Assembly: GCF_009734345.1 (NCBI RefSeq)
Contig: NZ_CP032551.1
Location: forward strand, 450,001-482,000
Reading direction: 5' to 3'
Length of the DNA stretch: 32,000 nt
Source of the DNA: Pseudidiomarina andamanensis
GTDB taxonomy: Bacteria > Pseudomonadota > Gammaproteobacteria > Enterobacterales > Alteromonadaceae
This document shows positions 7,892 through 17,117 of this stretch, piece after piece (the first letter of the stretch is position 1; the number at the start of each line of letters is the position of its first letter). A program made the position numbers and the translations under genes. The notes under the pieces were generated by a model. That model was not told the origin of the DNA. It saw nothing but the letters and a program-made list of their open reading frames with translations, and ran no database searches.

Positions 7892-8934
7892 GAATTAGCT
7901 CCAATGAACTGTTGCCAAGCTTGATACAAAGCAACCGGCAGATCATTGCGTTGTACTAACCCTAAAGTAAAGATGCGAGTTTCTGGTAAACGCAGCAGAT
8001 CGCGCACGATACCGCCAAACAGAGCAGCATTATTTAGTTCCGCCACGCGAACAAGATAGGCTTCCATCAATTCGGCATTCCCGCATAACGCCGGCCAGAG
8101 CCGTGCGACAATGATAACTAATTCATCAGCTGTTGCCACTGCCATGCGCTGCGCTAACAAGGTTTGCAATTGCGGCGTATTGGCAAAACCGGCAAGTGCT
8201 CGCAGCACATTAAGACGCAACTGTTGTTGTTGAGCATTTACCAAAGTTAGCAATTTATCAGCTAATTCTTGCGGTGGTTGTGTATGTTCGAGCGCTTCAG
8301 CCAAGGCATTTTGTAACGCGTCTGGATAATTCTCGAAATGCGCGGCAATCGCTTGCGTGCTCTCAGGGTGTTGCTTTAAGCGGGCCGCCACATCATGAAT
8401 ACCTTGCAGGCCCAAATGTTGCCAGCCGCTTTCTGTTGGCGATTGCAATTCCTCGAGTGCCGCGTTGAAGTACCGAGATGGTGGTCGGTTCCAACCTGCG
8501 GTAAGTTGCGCATGTATCGCTGCACGCTTGGCTTCTGAAGGCGTAAATAAATAAGCTGATTGCTGCAACTGTTGCTCTTGTTCGCTAGTGAGAGCGCCAG
8601 TAATTTGTTGGCCGAGTAATGCGATCACATGCGCCATAAACTCTTGTTGTGCGGCATGATCAAGCAAACCGCGCTCATCGAGGGGCATTTTTAAGAACCA
8701 TAGAAACGGCTCTGGCTGTTCAGCTCGGAGTTTCGGCCAGAACACAACAGCAAACCATGCTTGGTCTTGCAGCGGGTACGGGTAAGGACGCTGTTGCGCG
8801 CAAATTGCGTTAAATGTATCGGTATCTATCGCTTGAACGCGGCGGCCTAAATCGTAAACGAGATAATCACTATGGCTTTCGCTGAGTAACTCAGCTAGGT
8901 TTGTCATGGTCATGAAACTTGCAACATTTATCAT
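7888..8934 (-). CDS. DUF3549-like protein, function unknown
   Basis: 348-aa ORF, Q/L/A-rich and probably helical, with no TM segment or catalytic motif that I recognise. The start is uncertain: ATGs at 8934, 8913 and 8907 all lack a clear SD. Family assignment is from memory. Confidence 0.65.
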   Translation of the reverse strand: MINVASFMTMTNLAELLSESHSDYLVYDLGRRVQAIDTDTFNAICAQQRPYPYPLQDQAWFAVVFWPKLRAEQPEPFLWFLKMPLDERGLLDHAAQQEFMAHVIALLGQQITGALTSEQEQQLQQSAYLFTPSEAKRAAIHAQLTAGWNRPPSRYFNAALEELQSPTESGWQHLGLQGIHDVAARLKQHPESTQAIAAHFENYPDALQNALAEALEHTQPPQELADKLLTLVNAQQQQLRLNVLRALAGFANTPQLQTLLAQRMAVATADELVIIVARLWPALCGNAELMEAYLVRVAELNNAALFGGIVRDLLRLPETRIFTLGLVQRNDLPVALYQAWQQFIGANS

Positions 8935-8985
8935 TTTGCTTAAAGATGTCGGCCATTATAACTAAAATAAGTCGTGGAGGTAGTC

Positions 8986-9330
8986 ATGGACCAACGACAA
9001 CGCGCAGCGCGTTTACTTGAACGAATTGAAGCCGAACTCAATTGTCTAGGCTTGTGGCAAACGCATTATCCTTCGGCGCAAGCGCTGGAGAGTGTTGAAC
9101 CGTTTGCGATGGATACACTGGATTTTCACCAGTGGCTGCAATTTATTATGTTGCCGCGTATGTGGGCGATGCTCGATGGCGAACACCCGTTGCCACAAAA
9201 CATCGCAGTTAGCCCAATGGCGACGCACGTTTACCGTGAAGAACTTGAGCATCACGAAGGGCTCATTTCAAGTTTGCGCGAGTTCGATATTTTACTGAGC
9301 GGGGCGGACCCTCTAGCCGAAGATGTCTAA
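8986..9330 (+). CDS. yqcC: YqcC-family protein (DUF446), function unknown
   Basis: ORF 8974..9330 trimmed to ATG 8986, which follows SD GGAGG (8976-8980). It is about 114 aa and overlaps truC by 8 nt. yqcC-truC adjacency is also found in E. coli. Confidence 0.8.
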   Translation: MDQRQRAARLLERIEAELNCLGLWQTHYPSAQALESVEPFAMDTLDFHQWLQFIMLPRMWAMLDGEHPLPQNIAVSPMATHVYREELEHHEGLISSLREFDILLSGADPLAEDV

Positions 9331-10048
9331 TTTTAATACCGAATTACCGATACTGTTCCATGACGATTATTTCGTGGCAATTGATAAACCGAGCGGCTTA
9401 TTAGTTCATCGTAGTTGGATTGCGCGTGAGGCGACTGAGTTCGCACTGCAAAAAGTTCGCGACCAAATTGGTCAACGTGTCTATCCGGTTCATCGTCTTG
9501 ATCGACCTACCTCAGGTATTTTATTGTTTGCCAAAGATGCCGACACGGCACGATTGACCACTGAGTTATTTGCTAACCGTCTGGTTGAGAAAACTTACCA
9601 TGCTGTAGTTCGCGGCTATTTAAGCGACGGCGTACTCGATTATCCGCTGAAAGAGGAATTGGATAAAATTGCGGATGCTCAGGCCGATCCCAATAAAGAG
9701 GCACAAGCGGCGGTGACTGAATATCGCTGTATAAAGCAAATAGAATTACCGTTTGCTGTGGGGAAACGCCACCCAACATCGCGCTATTCGTTAATGCAGC
9801 TGAAGCCGAAAACTGGTAGAAAACATCAGTTGCGACGGCACATGGCGCATTTGCGGCATCCTATTATCGGTGACAGCCATCATGGCGATGGTCGCCATAA
9901 TCGATTTTTTAGAGAGCATTTTAATCTGCACAGATTGATGCTTGCGGCAACCGAATTAGCTTTTGAACACCCCCATACGAAAACGGCAGTTCGTATTGAA
10001 CTGCCGTTACCTCAAGACTTATTACGACCGTTTACTGAAACAAATTAA
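9323..10048 (+). CDS. truC: tRNA pseudouridine(65) synthase TruC
   Basis: 241 aa. Catalytic HRLDRPTSG is present, with [13 protein letters not shown] and [21 protein letters not shown] almost identical to remembered E. coli TruC. Confidence 0.93.
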   Translation: MSNFNTELPILFHDDYFVAIDKPSGLLVHRSWIAREATEFALQKVRDQIGQRVYPVHRLDRPTSGILLFAKDADTARLTTELFANRLVEKTYHAVVRGYLSDGVLDYPLKEELDKIADAQADPNKEAQAAVTEYRCIKQIELPFAVGKRHPTSRYSLMQLKPKTGRKHQLRRHMAHLRHPIIGDSHHGDGRHNRFFREHFNLHRLMLAATELAFEHPHTKTAVRIELPLPQDLLRPFTETN

Positions 10049-10869
10049 TCAGCTGCGCGCAGAAGTTCGTTAATGCCAACTTTTGCGCGTGTTTTTGCGT
10101 CAACTTTCTTCACGATAATTGCGGCGTACAAGCTGTGCGAGCCATCTTTTGCCGGCAAGGTGCCTGGCACGACAACGGCACCTGCTGGTACGCGACCGTA
10201 ATGAATCTTACCAGTTTCACGATCATAAATACGAGTGCTTTGACCAATATAAACACCCATAGAGATAACCGCGCCTTCTTCAACAATCACGCCTTCAACA
10301 ATCTCTGAGCGTGCACCAATGAAGCAATTGTCTTCGATAATGGTTGGTGCAGCCTGTAATGGTTCTAACACACCACCAATACCAACACCGCCAGAAAGAT
10401 GAACGTTTTTACCTATTTGCGCACATGAGCCTACCGTGGCCCAGGTATCAACCATGGTACCTTCGCCCACGTAGGCGCCGATATTGACGTACGATGGCAT
10501 CAGTACCACATTACGACCGATAAATGCGCCTTTACGCACCATCGCTGGTGGTACAACTCGCATACCTTCAGCGCGGAAGCGGGCATCATCATAGCCGATA
10601 AATTTGCTATCAACTTTATCGAAAAAACGAGTTTCGCCACCGTTCATCACGTGATTATCTTGCGTGCGAAATGAGAGTAACACGGCCTTTTTCAACCATT
10701 CGTTGACGACCCATTGCCCGTCAATTTTTTCTGCAACTCGATACTCACCTTGATCAATCTTTTGAATCACTTCGGTTAAATCGCGTTGCAGATCAGTGGG
10801 TACGCGGCTTGGTGAAATATCCGCGCGTTGCTCAAATGCGGCTTCAATTCGTTCTTGTAGTGTGCTCAT
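10045..10869 (-). CDS. dapD: 2,3,4,5-tetrahydropyridine-2,6-dicarboxylate N-succinyltransferase
   Basis: 274 aa, near-identical over long runs to remembered E. coli DapD ([64 protein letters not shown]). Confidence 0.95.
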   Translation of the reverse strand: MSTLQERIEAAFEQRADISPSRVPTDLQRDLTEVIQKIDQGEYRVAEKIDGQWVVNEWLKKAVLLSFRTQDNHVMNGGETRFFDKVDSKFIGYDDARFRAEGMRVVPPAMVRKGAFIGRNVVLMPSYVNIGAYVGEGTMVDTWATVGSCAQIGKNVHLSGGVGIGGVLEPLQAAPTIIEDNCFIGARSEIVEGVIVEEGAVISMGVYIGQSTRIYDRETGKIHYGRVPAGAVVVPGTLPAKDGSHSLYAAIIVKKVDAKTRAKVGINELLRAAD

Positions 10870-10913
10870 GAACTATCCTATAACTACTTGATATCACGCC
10901 TGAAAGACGCTTA

Positions 10914-13517
10914 CTAATGATCGAGAGCAGCAATGATTTGCTCACGCAATTGCTGTTTCTGTTCGTTACTTAAGGCTTCATTACGACGGGTAGTGACAAT
11001 AAATAAATCTTCCGCCTGTTCGCCAACCGTGGTGATTTTAGCGGTAAGTATGTTCAAATCCAATGCCTGAAGCACTTTTGCGACGCGGGCGACTAGTCCC
11101 GGTCGGTCGAGCGCAGTTAATTCAAAAGCCGTGCGACGAGGATTCCGCTCACTCACAAACTCAACTTTAGTAGCGACATTGAAACTACGTAACCGCCGCG
11201 GCAGGCGACGCTGTGCGCTTGGCGCCGATTGTCGTTGCCGCAATACATCGTGAAGCTGTTGTTTTAGCGATTCAATGCGACGGATGTCAGTGAGTGGCTC
11301 GCCGTCGTCTTGAAGTACTACAAAGGTATCCATGACATAGCCATCGCGCGTCGCCAAAATCTGGGCATCGTGAATGCTAAGTGCCTGACTATCTAATACT
11401 GCGGCAACCGCAGCAAACAAGTTTTCATGTTCAAGATGATAAACAAATAATTCGGTAGTGCCTTGATTGTTTTCATCGCCAACCAGAATCAGCGGTAACT
11501 GATCGTCTGACTCGAGTTGTAAAATATATTGTGAGTGCCACGCAATTTGCTCGGGTTGATGACGAAGGAAATAATCGGCGGTAAAACGGCTCCACAATTC
11601 ATTTACCGCTTTAGCGCCAAAGCCGAGGCTCAGTAGTAGCCCCATGGCGTGCGCTTGATGTTGATGAATCCGTTGGCGCATTTCGCCAGCTGGCGACGGT
11701 TTACTTTGAGTAAGAAACTGCGCGGTAGATTGGTACAAATTCTCGAGCAGTGTCGCTTTCCAGTTGTTCCACAAGCTACTGTTGGTGGCACGGATATCGG
11801 CAACGGTTAAACAATACAAATAGTCAAGATAGCGGCGGTTACCAACTTGCTCTGCAAACTGGCGAACCACTTCCGGATCATGAATATCGCGTTTTTGTGC
11901 AGTAACCGACATCACTAAATGATTGCGTACCAACCAAGCAATCAGTTTGCCATCCTCAGGCTTTAATTCATGCAGTCGAGCAAAATTTAAGGCGTCAATC
12001 TCACCAAGCTCCGAATGATCGCCACCACGACCTTTCGCAATATCGTGAAAGATACCCGACAGATATAACAGTTCGGGTTTTTCCATATTTCTTACAAGTT
12101 CGGCGCACAACGGAAACTCTTCTGCATACTCTGAATCGCTATAGCGATAAAGGTTTCGAACCAGTCGATACGTGTGTTCGTCGACAGTATAGGCATGAAA
12201 AAGGTCAAACTGCATTTGTCCAACAATTTGCTGCCACTGGGGTAAATAGTTGGCCATGAGTTGATGTTTGTGCATGAGTCGAAAGGCGTCACCGCAACCG
12301 TTGGGATGGCGTAACAATTGCATGAATAACTGACGACATTCGGCATCATTGCTTAGCGGCTGACGCAATTGACGGCGGGCGTTACGCAATAGTCGGAGTG
12401 TTTGAGCCTGCAATTGTTTTAATTGCGGATGTGCCGCCACTAACAACATACATTGCAGTAAATTTTGAGGCTCAGCAAAGACGTTTTCATGTCGTGCTGC
12501 AATCAATGGTCCGTAGGCTTCAAAGTTGTCGTTTAGTTGCAGTGGCTCAACGTGCTTACTGCTAAGGATACTTTGTTCGAAAAACTGCAATAGCATGTCG
12601 TTGAGCTCAGTGACACCAACCACCGCATTGAAGTAATCCTTCATTAAGGCTTCAACGGCATGTTTGCCCGGCTCACCATAGCCTAGCCGCGCGGCAACGC
12701 CCGGTTGATAATCAAACAGTAATCGATCTTCTTTCTTTTGAGCTTCTAAATGCAGCGCAAAGCGAATGCGCCCGAGTAATTGTTGATATTCTCTCAGTTC
12801 TAAAAGCTCTTCAGCCGAGATATAGCCATGCTGAACCAAAGTTTCATCATTTTGCGTGTGAAAATGACGTTTAGCTATCCAACTGATGGTTTGAATGTCA
12901 CGTAAACCGCCGGGAGTGCTTTTAACGTTCGGTTCTAGGTTGTAAGCCGTACCGTGATAGCGTTGATGGCGCTCTTGTTGTTCGACATATTTAGCTTGGT
13001 AGTAAGCGCGACTCGACCATGGAAATTCACGTTGAACTTGCCATAAGAATTGCTCTGCTAAAGGTTGATTACCGCACACTACGCGTTGCTCTAGCAAGCT
13101 TGTTGCCACGGTGACATCCTCTGCTGCTTGTTGAATGCACTGTGCGGGCGTTCTTACGCTATGCCCAACATCCAGTCGCAGATCCCACAAAAACTGGATG
13201 ATTTGCTGAATATTTTCTTGTTCTACTGTCGAGAGCGGTTCTGCATGAAGAAAGAGTAAATCGATATCTGATTGCGGATGCAGTGTACCACGGCCATAGC
13301 CACCAACGGCGATTAAGCTAAGATGACTCTGGTCAAGATTAAATTGCTGCCATAGCTGTTGCAGAAGCGTATCGATAAAGTTACTGCGGTGAGCAAGCAG
13401 AAAATCAATATCCGCGGTGACGAAGGCATCAGCAAGCCAAGTATGATAAGCCTCGAGGCATTCGCGCCCCGTGCTCAAGGTGACCGGGTTAGGCCAACGG
13501 GGAGGGGCGCTTAGCAT
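10914..13517 (-). CDS. glnD: bifunctional [protein-PII] uridylyltransferase / uridylyl-removing enzyme
   Basis: 867 aa. Nucleotidyltransferase motif GGYGRGTLHPQSDIDLLFL, HD domain (FHDIAKGRGGDHS) and a C-terminal pair of ACT-like segments. The dapD-glnD-map order matches E. coli. Confidence 0.95.
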   Translation of the reverse strand: MLSAPPRWPNPVTLSTGRECLEAYHTWLADAFVTADIDFLLAHRSNFIDTLLQQLWQQFNLDQSHLSLIAVGGYGRGTLHPQSDIDLLFLHAEPLSTVEQENIQQIIQFLWDLRLDVGHSVRTPAQCIQQAAEDVTVATSLLEQRVVCGNQPLAEQFLWQVQREFPWSSRAYYQAKYVEQQERHQRYHGTAYNLEPNVKSTPGGLRDIQTISWIAKRHFHTQNDETLVQHGYISAEELLELREYQQLLGRIRFALHLEAQKKEDRLLFDYQPGVAARLGYGEPGKHAVEALMKDYFNAVVGVTELNDMLLQFFEQSILSSKHVEPLQLNDNFEAYGPLIAARHENVFAEPQNLLQCMLLVAAHPQLKQLQAQTLRLLRNARRQLRQPLSNDAECRQLFMQLLRHPNGCGDAFRLMHKHQLMANYLPQWQQIVGQMQFDLFHAYTVDEHTYRLVRNLYRYSDSEYAEEFPLCAELVRNMEKPELLYLSGIFHDIAKGRGGDHSELGEIDALNFARLHELKPEDGKLIAWLVRNHLVMSVTAQKRDIHDPEVVRQFAEQVGNRRYLDYLYCLTVADIRATNSSLWNNWKATLLENLYQSTAQFLTQSKPSPAGEMRQRIHQHQAHAMGLLLSLGFGAKAVNELWSRFTADYFLRHQPEQIAWHSQYILQLESDDQLPLILVGDENNQGTTELFVYHLEHENLFAAVAAVLDSQALSIHDAQILATRDGYVMDTFVVLQDDGEPLTDIRRIESLKQQLHDVLRQRQSAPSAQRRLPRRLRSFNVATKVEFVSERNPRRTAFELTALDRPGLVARVAKVLQALDLNILTAKITTVGEQAEDLFIVTTRRNEALSNEQKQQLREQIIAALDH

Positions 13518-13523
13518 GATAGG

Positions 13524-14312
13524 TTAACTCGTGTGACGAATAACGCGTGGCAGGTCTTCATCGCTACGCAGGGTTAGCACTTCAACACCGTCTTCGGTAA
13601 CCAACAAGGTGTGTTCCCATTGTGCACTCAAACTGCGATCTTTGGTTAGCACCGTCCACCCGTCGCGCATGAGTTTCGTGTGGCGTTTACCTGCATTGAC
13701 CATCGGTTCGATAGTAAAGCACATACCTGGTTGCAGTAAGTCACCAGTACCCGCAGTTCCATAATGTAATATTTGCGGTTCTTCATGGAATATCGCGCCA
13801 ATGCCGTGTCCGCAATATTCGCGAACAATGGAGTAGCCATGTTGTTCAGCATGCTTTTGAATCACCGCAGCAAAATCACCGGTGCGCATACCTGGCTTGA
13901 CCATCTTTATCGCCATGTACAAACATTCTTGAGTAATTCGTATCAAGCGCTCGGCAAGTATGCTTGGTTTACCAACCACGAACATCTTAGAAGTATCGCC
14001 GTGATAACCATCTAATTTCACCGTGACATCTAAGTTCATGATGTCGCCTTCTTTTAATGGTTTTTCATTCGGGATACCGTGACAAACCACATGGTTTAGC
14101 GACGTACAGACCGATTTGGGGAATCCGTGGTAATTTAAAGGAGCAGGAATAGCGCCATGTTCAACAATGTAATCGTGACAAATTTTGTCAATTTCTGCGG
14201 TGGTTACACCAGCCTTTATATAGGGTCCGATCATTTCTAAAACATCGGCGGCAAGCTTACCAGCAGCACGCATTTTCTCGATTTCTTCAGGCGTTTTAAT
14301 ACTAATACTCAT
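13524..14312 (-). CDS. map: type I methionine aminopeptidase
   Basis: 262 aa. MSISIKTPEEIEKMR...VCHGIP...DGYHGDTSKMF...EYCGHGIG..FHEEPQ.LHY...EPM.N.G is colinear with remembered E. coli MAP. Confidence 0.96.
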   Translation of the reverse strand: MSISIKTPEEIEKMRAAGKLAADVLEMIGPYIKAGVTTAEIDKICHDYIVEHGAIPAPLNYHGFPKSVCTSLNHVVCHGIPNEKPLKEGDIMNLDVTVKLDGYHGDTSKMFVVGKPSILAERLIRITQECLYMAIKMVKPGMRTGDFAAVIQKHAEQHGYSIVREYCGHGIGAIFHEEPQILHYGTAGTGDLLQPGMCFTIEPMVNAGKRHTKLMRDGWTVLTKDRSLSAQWEHTLLVTEDGVEVLTLRSDEDLPRVIRHTS

Positions 14313-14406
14313 GAGGCTCTATAAGTCCCTGCTTAAGACAATAAAATTGTGCTTAGTTTACCAGCAAACCGCTGCATCGTGAAGCATCGCAATAGCCGCA
14401 TAAAAC

Positions 14407-14436
14407 TTGATTTGTACCGTCAGTTTATGGTATAAA
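14407..14436 (+). promoter_or_regulatory. candidate rpsB-tsf promoter, extended -10 type
   Basis: TTGATT (14407-12), an 18-nt spacer, then TG-G-TATAAA (TG at 14428-29, hexamer 14431-36). The string TATGGTATAAA closely resembles the extended -10 rpsB promoter of E. coli as I remember it. Confidence 0.55.
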
Positions 14437-14581
14437 GCGCCCGCAATTTCTGATTGCATGAAAACTAACTTAAACACACACATACATCGACACATAGCTC
14501 GGGGTGCCCAAATACGAAATAACGTTGCGGGTCGAACTATGGGATGTATGGAGGCATAACCCCTTAAAAAGGAAAATTATC
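14437..14581 (+). promoter_or_regulatory. rpsB 5' leader (candidate S2 autoregulatory leader)
   Basis: An untranslated region of about 140 nt lies between the candidate promoter and ATG 14582. GGGGU (14501-05) can pair with ACCCC (14559-63) just 5' of the SD AAGGA. An S2-responsive leader of similar size is known in E. coli. Confidence 0.45.
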
Positions 14582-15313
14582 ATGGCAAACGTGTCAATGC
14601 GTGACATGCTGAAAGCTGGTGTACACTTCGGTCACCAAACCCGTTTCTGGAACCCAAAAATGAAGCCGTTCATTTTTGGCGCGCGTAACAAGATTCATAT
14701 CATCAACCTTGAGAAAACTGTTCCGATGTTCAACGATGCGTTGAACTTCTTGCAACACGTTGCTTCAAACAAAGGTAAAATTTTGTTTGTTGGTACTAAG
14801 CGTGCGGCAGCAGACTCAGTACAAGAAGCTGCAATCAACTGTAAGCAGTTTTATGTAAATCACCGTTGGTTGGGTGGTATGTTGACGAACTGGAAAACTG
14901 TCCGTCAATCAATCAAGCGTTTGAAAGAACTTGAAACCATGAGCCAAGACGGCACTTTCGAAAAGCTAACCAAGAAAGAAGCGTTGGTTAACACCCGCGA
15001 AATGGAAAAGCTTGAGAAGAGCCTTGGTGGTATCAAAGATATGGCTGGCTTGCCAGATGTATTGTTTGTAATTGATGCTGACCACGAGCACATTGCAATT
15101 AAAGAAGCGAATAACTTGGGTATTCCAGTTATCTCGGTTGTTGATACTAACTCAAACCCTGATGGCGTTGATTACGTAATTCCTGGTAACGACGATGCGA
15201 TTCGTGCAGTACAACTGTACTTGAACGCAGCGGCGGCAGCTATCAACGACGCGCGTGGCGCAGTTGTTGAAGGCAAAGCTGACGATTTCGTTGAAGCTGA
15301 AGAAACTGAATAA
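14582..15313 (+). CDS. rpsB: 30S ribosomal protein S2
   Basis: ORF 14504..15313 trimmed to ATG 14582 ([27 protein letters not shown]), the canonical S2 N-terminus, with SD aagga upstream. Confidence 0.97.
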   Translation: MANVSMRDMLKAGVHFGHQTRFWNPKMKPFIFGARNKIHIINLEKTVPMFNDALNFLQHVASNKGKILFVGTKRAAADSVQEAAINCKQFYVNHRWLGGMLTNWKTVRQSIKRLKELETMSQDGTFEKLTKKEALVNTREMEKLEKSLGGIKDMAGLPDVLFVIDADHEHIAIKEANNLGIPVISVVDTNSNPDGVDYVIPGNDDAIRAVQLYLNAAAAAINDARGAVVEGKADDFVEAEETE

Positions 15314-15338
15314 AGTCATCTGATTAGAGGACAAATAC

Positions 15339-16217
15339 ATGGCTATTACAGCAGCTCTGGTTAAAGAACTGCGCGAGCGCACTGGCGCTGGCATGATGGA
15401 TTGCAAAAAAGCATTGGAAGAGACCGGCGGCGATATCGACGCGGCGATCGAAAATATGCGTAAAAGTGGTCAAGCGAAAGCAGCTAAGAAAGCTGGTCGC
15501 GTAGCTGCTGAAGGTGTAATCCTGACTAAGACCGAAGGTAATGTAGGTACTTTGGTTGAACTGAACTGTGAAACTGACTTCGTTGCTCGTGACGACAACT
15601 TCTTATCTTTCGGTGAGAAAGTTATCGAAGCGGCATTCGCAAACAAAGAAACTGACGTTGAAAAGCTGAAAGCAACCAACATCGGTGACGGCACTGTTGA
15701 AGAAGTTCGTGAAACGTTAGTTGCGAAAATCGGTGAGAACATGAACGTTCGCCGCGTGATCACTATTGAAGGTGGTGACTTGGTTGAAGCATATGTTCAC
15801 GGCGGTCGTATTGGTGTATTAGTTGCAATCACTGGTGGTGATTCTGACTTAGCTAAAGACTTAGCAATGCACGTTGCAGCAAGCGCTCCACAGTTTGTGA
15901 AGCCAGAAGACGTATCAGCTGAAGTGGTTGAGAAAGAACGTGCAATTCAACTTGATATCGCAATGCAAAGTGGCAAGCCACAAGATATCGCTGAGAAGAT
16001 GGTTGAAGGCCGTATGCGTAAATTCACTGGCGAGATCAGCTTAACTGGTCAAGCATTTGTGAAAGACCCATCAATCACTGTTGCAGACTTACTGAAGCAG
16101 AAAGGCGCTGACGTTCTTACTTTTGTTCGCTTTGAAGTGGGCGAAGGTATTGAGAAGAAAGCTGAAGACTTCGCTGCTGAAGTTCAAGCGCAAATGGCAG
16201 CTGCGAAAAAGGCTTAA
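15339..16217 (+). CDS. tsf: translation elongation factor Ts
   Basis: 292 aa. [25 protein letters not shown]-terminus and the TDFVARD motif are present. Confidence 0.97.
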   Translation: MAITAALVKELRERTGAGMMDCKKALEETGGDIDAAIENMRKSGQAKAAKKAGRVAAEGVILTKTEGNVGTLVELNCETDFVARDDNFLSFGEKVIEAAFANKETDVEKLKATNIGDGTVEEVRETLVAKIGENMNVRRVITIEGGDLVEAYVHGGRIGVLVAITGGDSDLAKDLAMHVAASAPQFVKPEDVSAEVVEKERAIQLDIAMQSGKPQDIAEKMVEGRMRKFTGEISLTGQAFVKDPSITVADLLKQKGADVLTFVRFEVGEGIEKKAEDFAAEVQAQMAAAKKA

Positions 16218-16258
16218 TGCCAATGACGCTGCCGACGACAAACAGTCGATAATAGAAA

Positions 16259-16291
16259 CCGCATCCTGCTCGGCAGGATGCGGTTTTTTTT
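16259..16291 (+). terminator. rho-independent terminator of rpsB-tsf
   Basis: An 11-bp GC-rich stem, ccgcatcctgc (16259-69) with gcaggatgcgg (16273-83), closes a 3-nt loop and is followed by T8 (16284-91). Confidence 0.9.
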
Positions 16292-16330
16292 AGGGTGAAC
16301 CCCCTTAAAACCTGAACATGGAGCGAACTG

Positions 16331-17077
16331 ATGACACCAAGTAGCAAACCTGCATACCGCCGTGTACTTTTGAAATTAAGCGGTGAGGCGTTAATGGGCG
16401 ATGAGCCTTTTGGCATTGATGCAAAAGTTTTAGACCGCATGGCTCAGGAGATAAAAGAGCTGGTTGAACTGGGCGTTCAAGTTGGTTTGGTGATAGGTGG
16501 CGGTAACCTATTTCGCGGTGAAGGCTTAGCCAAAGCCGGTATGAATCGTGTGGTTGGCGATCACATGGGTATGTTAGCGACCGTCATGAACGGGTTAGCA
16601 ATGCGTGATGCGTTGCATCGAGCTTTTGTCAACGCACGCTTAATGTCAGCCATTGAATTAAACGGTGTGTGTGATAGTTATAATTGGGCTGACGCAATCA
16701 GTTTATTAAAATCAGGCCGAGTAGTGATTTTCTCTGCCGGTACTGGTAACCCATTCTTCACGACTGATTCAGCTGCGTGCCTTCGTGGTATTGAAATTGA
16801 AGCTGATTTAGTACTTAAAGGAACCAAAGTGGACGGCGTTTTTTCTGCCGACCCAGTAAAAGACCCTAACGCTCAGTTATTCCGTCAAATTAGCTATGAT
16901 GATGTGCTACAACAGCAACTGAAGGTGATGGATTTAGCCGCATTTACGCTGGCGCGTGACCATAATTTACCTATCCGGGTTTTCAATATGAATAAACCAG
17001 GTGCATTAAGAGCCGTGATTATGGGCGAAGAAGAAGGTACACTAATAGCCAGCAAAAGCGTGATTGAGCAAGCATAA
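16331..17077 (+). CDS. pyrH: UMP kinase
   Basis: 248 aa. [20 protein letters not shown] and the MDLAAF..ARDH.LPI.VF motifs are present. SD ggag lies 7 nt upstream. Confidence 0.96.
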   Translation: MTPSSKPAYRRVLLKLSGEALMGDEPFGIDAKVLDRMAQEIKELVELGVQVGLVIGGGNLFRGEGLAKAGMNRVVGDHMGMLATVMNGLAMRDALHRAFVNARLMSAIELNGVCDSYNWADAISLLKSGRVVIFSAGTGNPFFTTDSAACLRGIEIEADLVLKGTKVDGVFSADPVKDPNAQLFRQISYDDVLQQQLKVMDLAAFTLARDHNLPIRVFNMNKPGALRAVIMGEEEGTLIASKSVIEQA

Positions 17078-17117
17078 ACTAAATTGTTTGTGCATTAAGA
17101 ATTGAAAGGATAAAAAC

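Noticed and set aside
10053-10062. The 10-nt palindrome CTGCGCGCAG just past the truC stop, considered as a terminator for truC.
   Set aside because: It is too short to form a stable hairpin, giving at most 3 bp after a minimal loop. It has no following T-run and lies within the dapD coding sequence.
14558-14569. Shared motif AACCCC(C)TTAAAA in the rpsB leader (14558-14569) and the pyrH leader (16298-16310), each preceded by a GGGTG element.
   Set aside because: My rough estimate is that an 11-12-nt match among about 2 kb of intergenic sequence is expected by chance at order-of-unity frequency. Without cross-species conservation I cannot treat it as a regulatory motif. A genome-wide motif count would settle it.
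14504-14581. N-terminal extensions offered by the ORF track: rpsB from GTG 14504, lpxD from GTG 25023, yqcC from GTG 8974 and the hydrolase from 46.
   Set aside because: Alignment with remembered orthologue N-termini and the positions of SD sequences favour the internal ATGs at 14582, 25038, 8986 and 166. The extensions would also overlap upstream genes or leaders.
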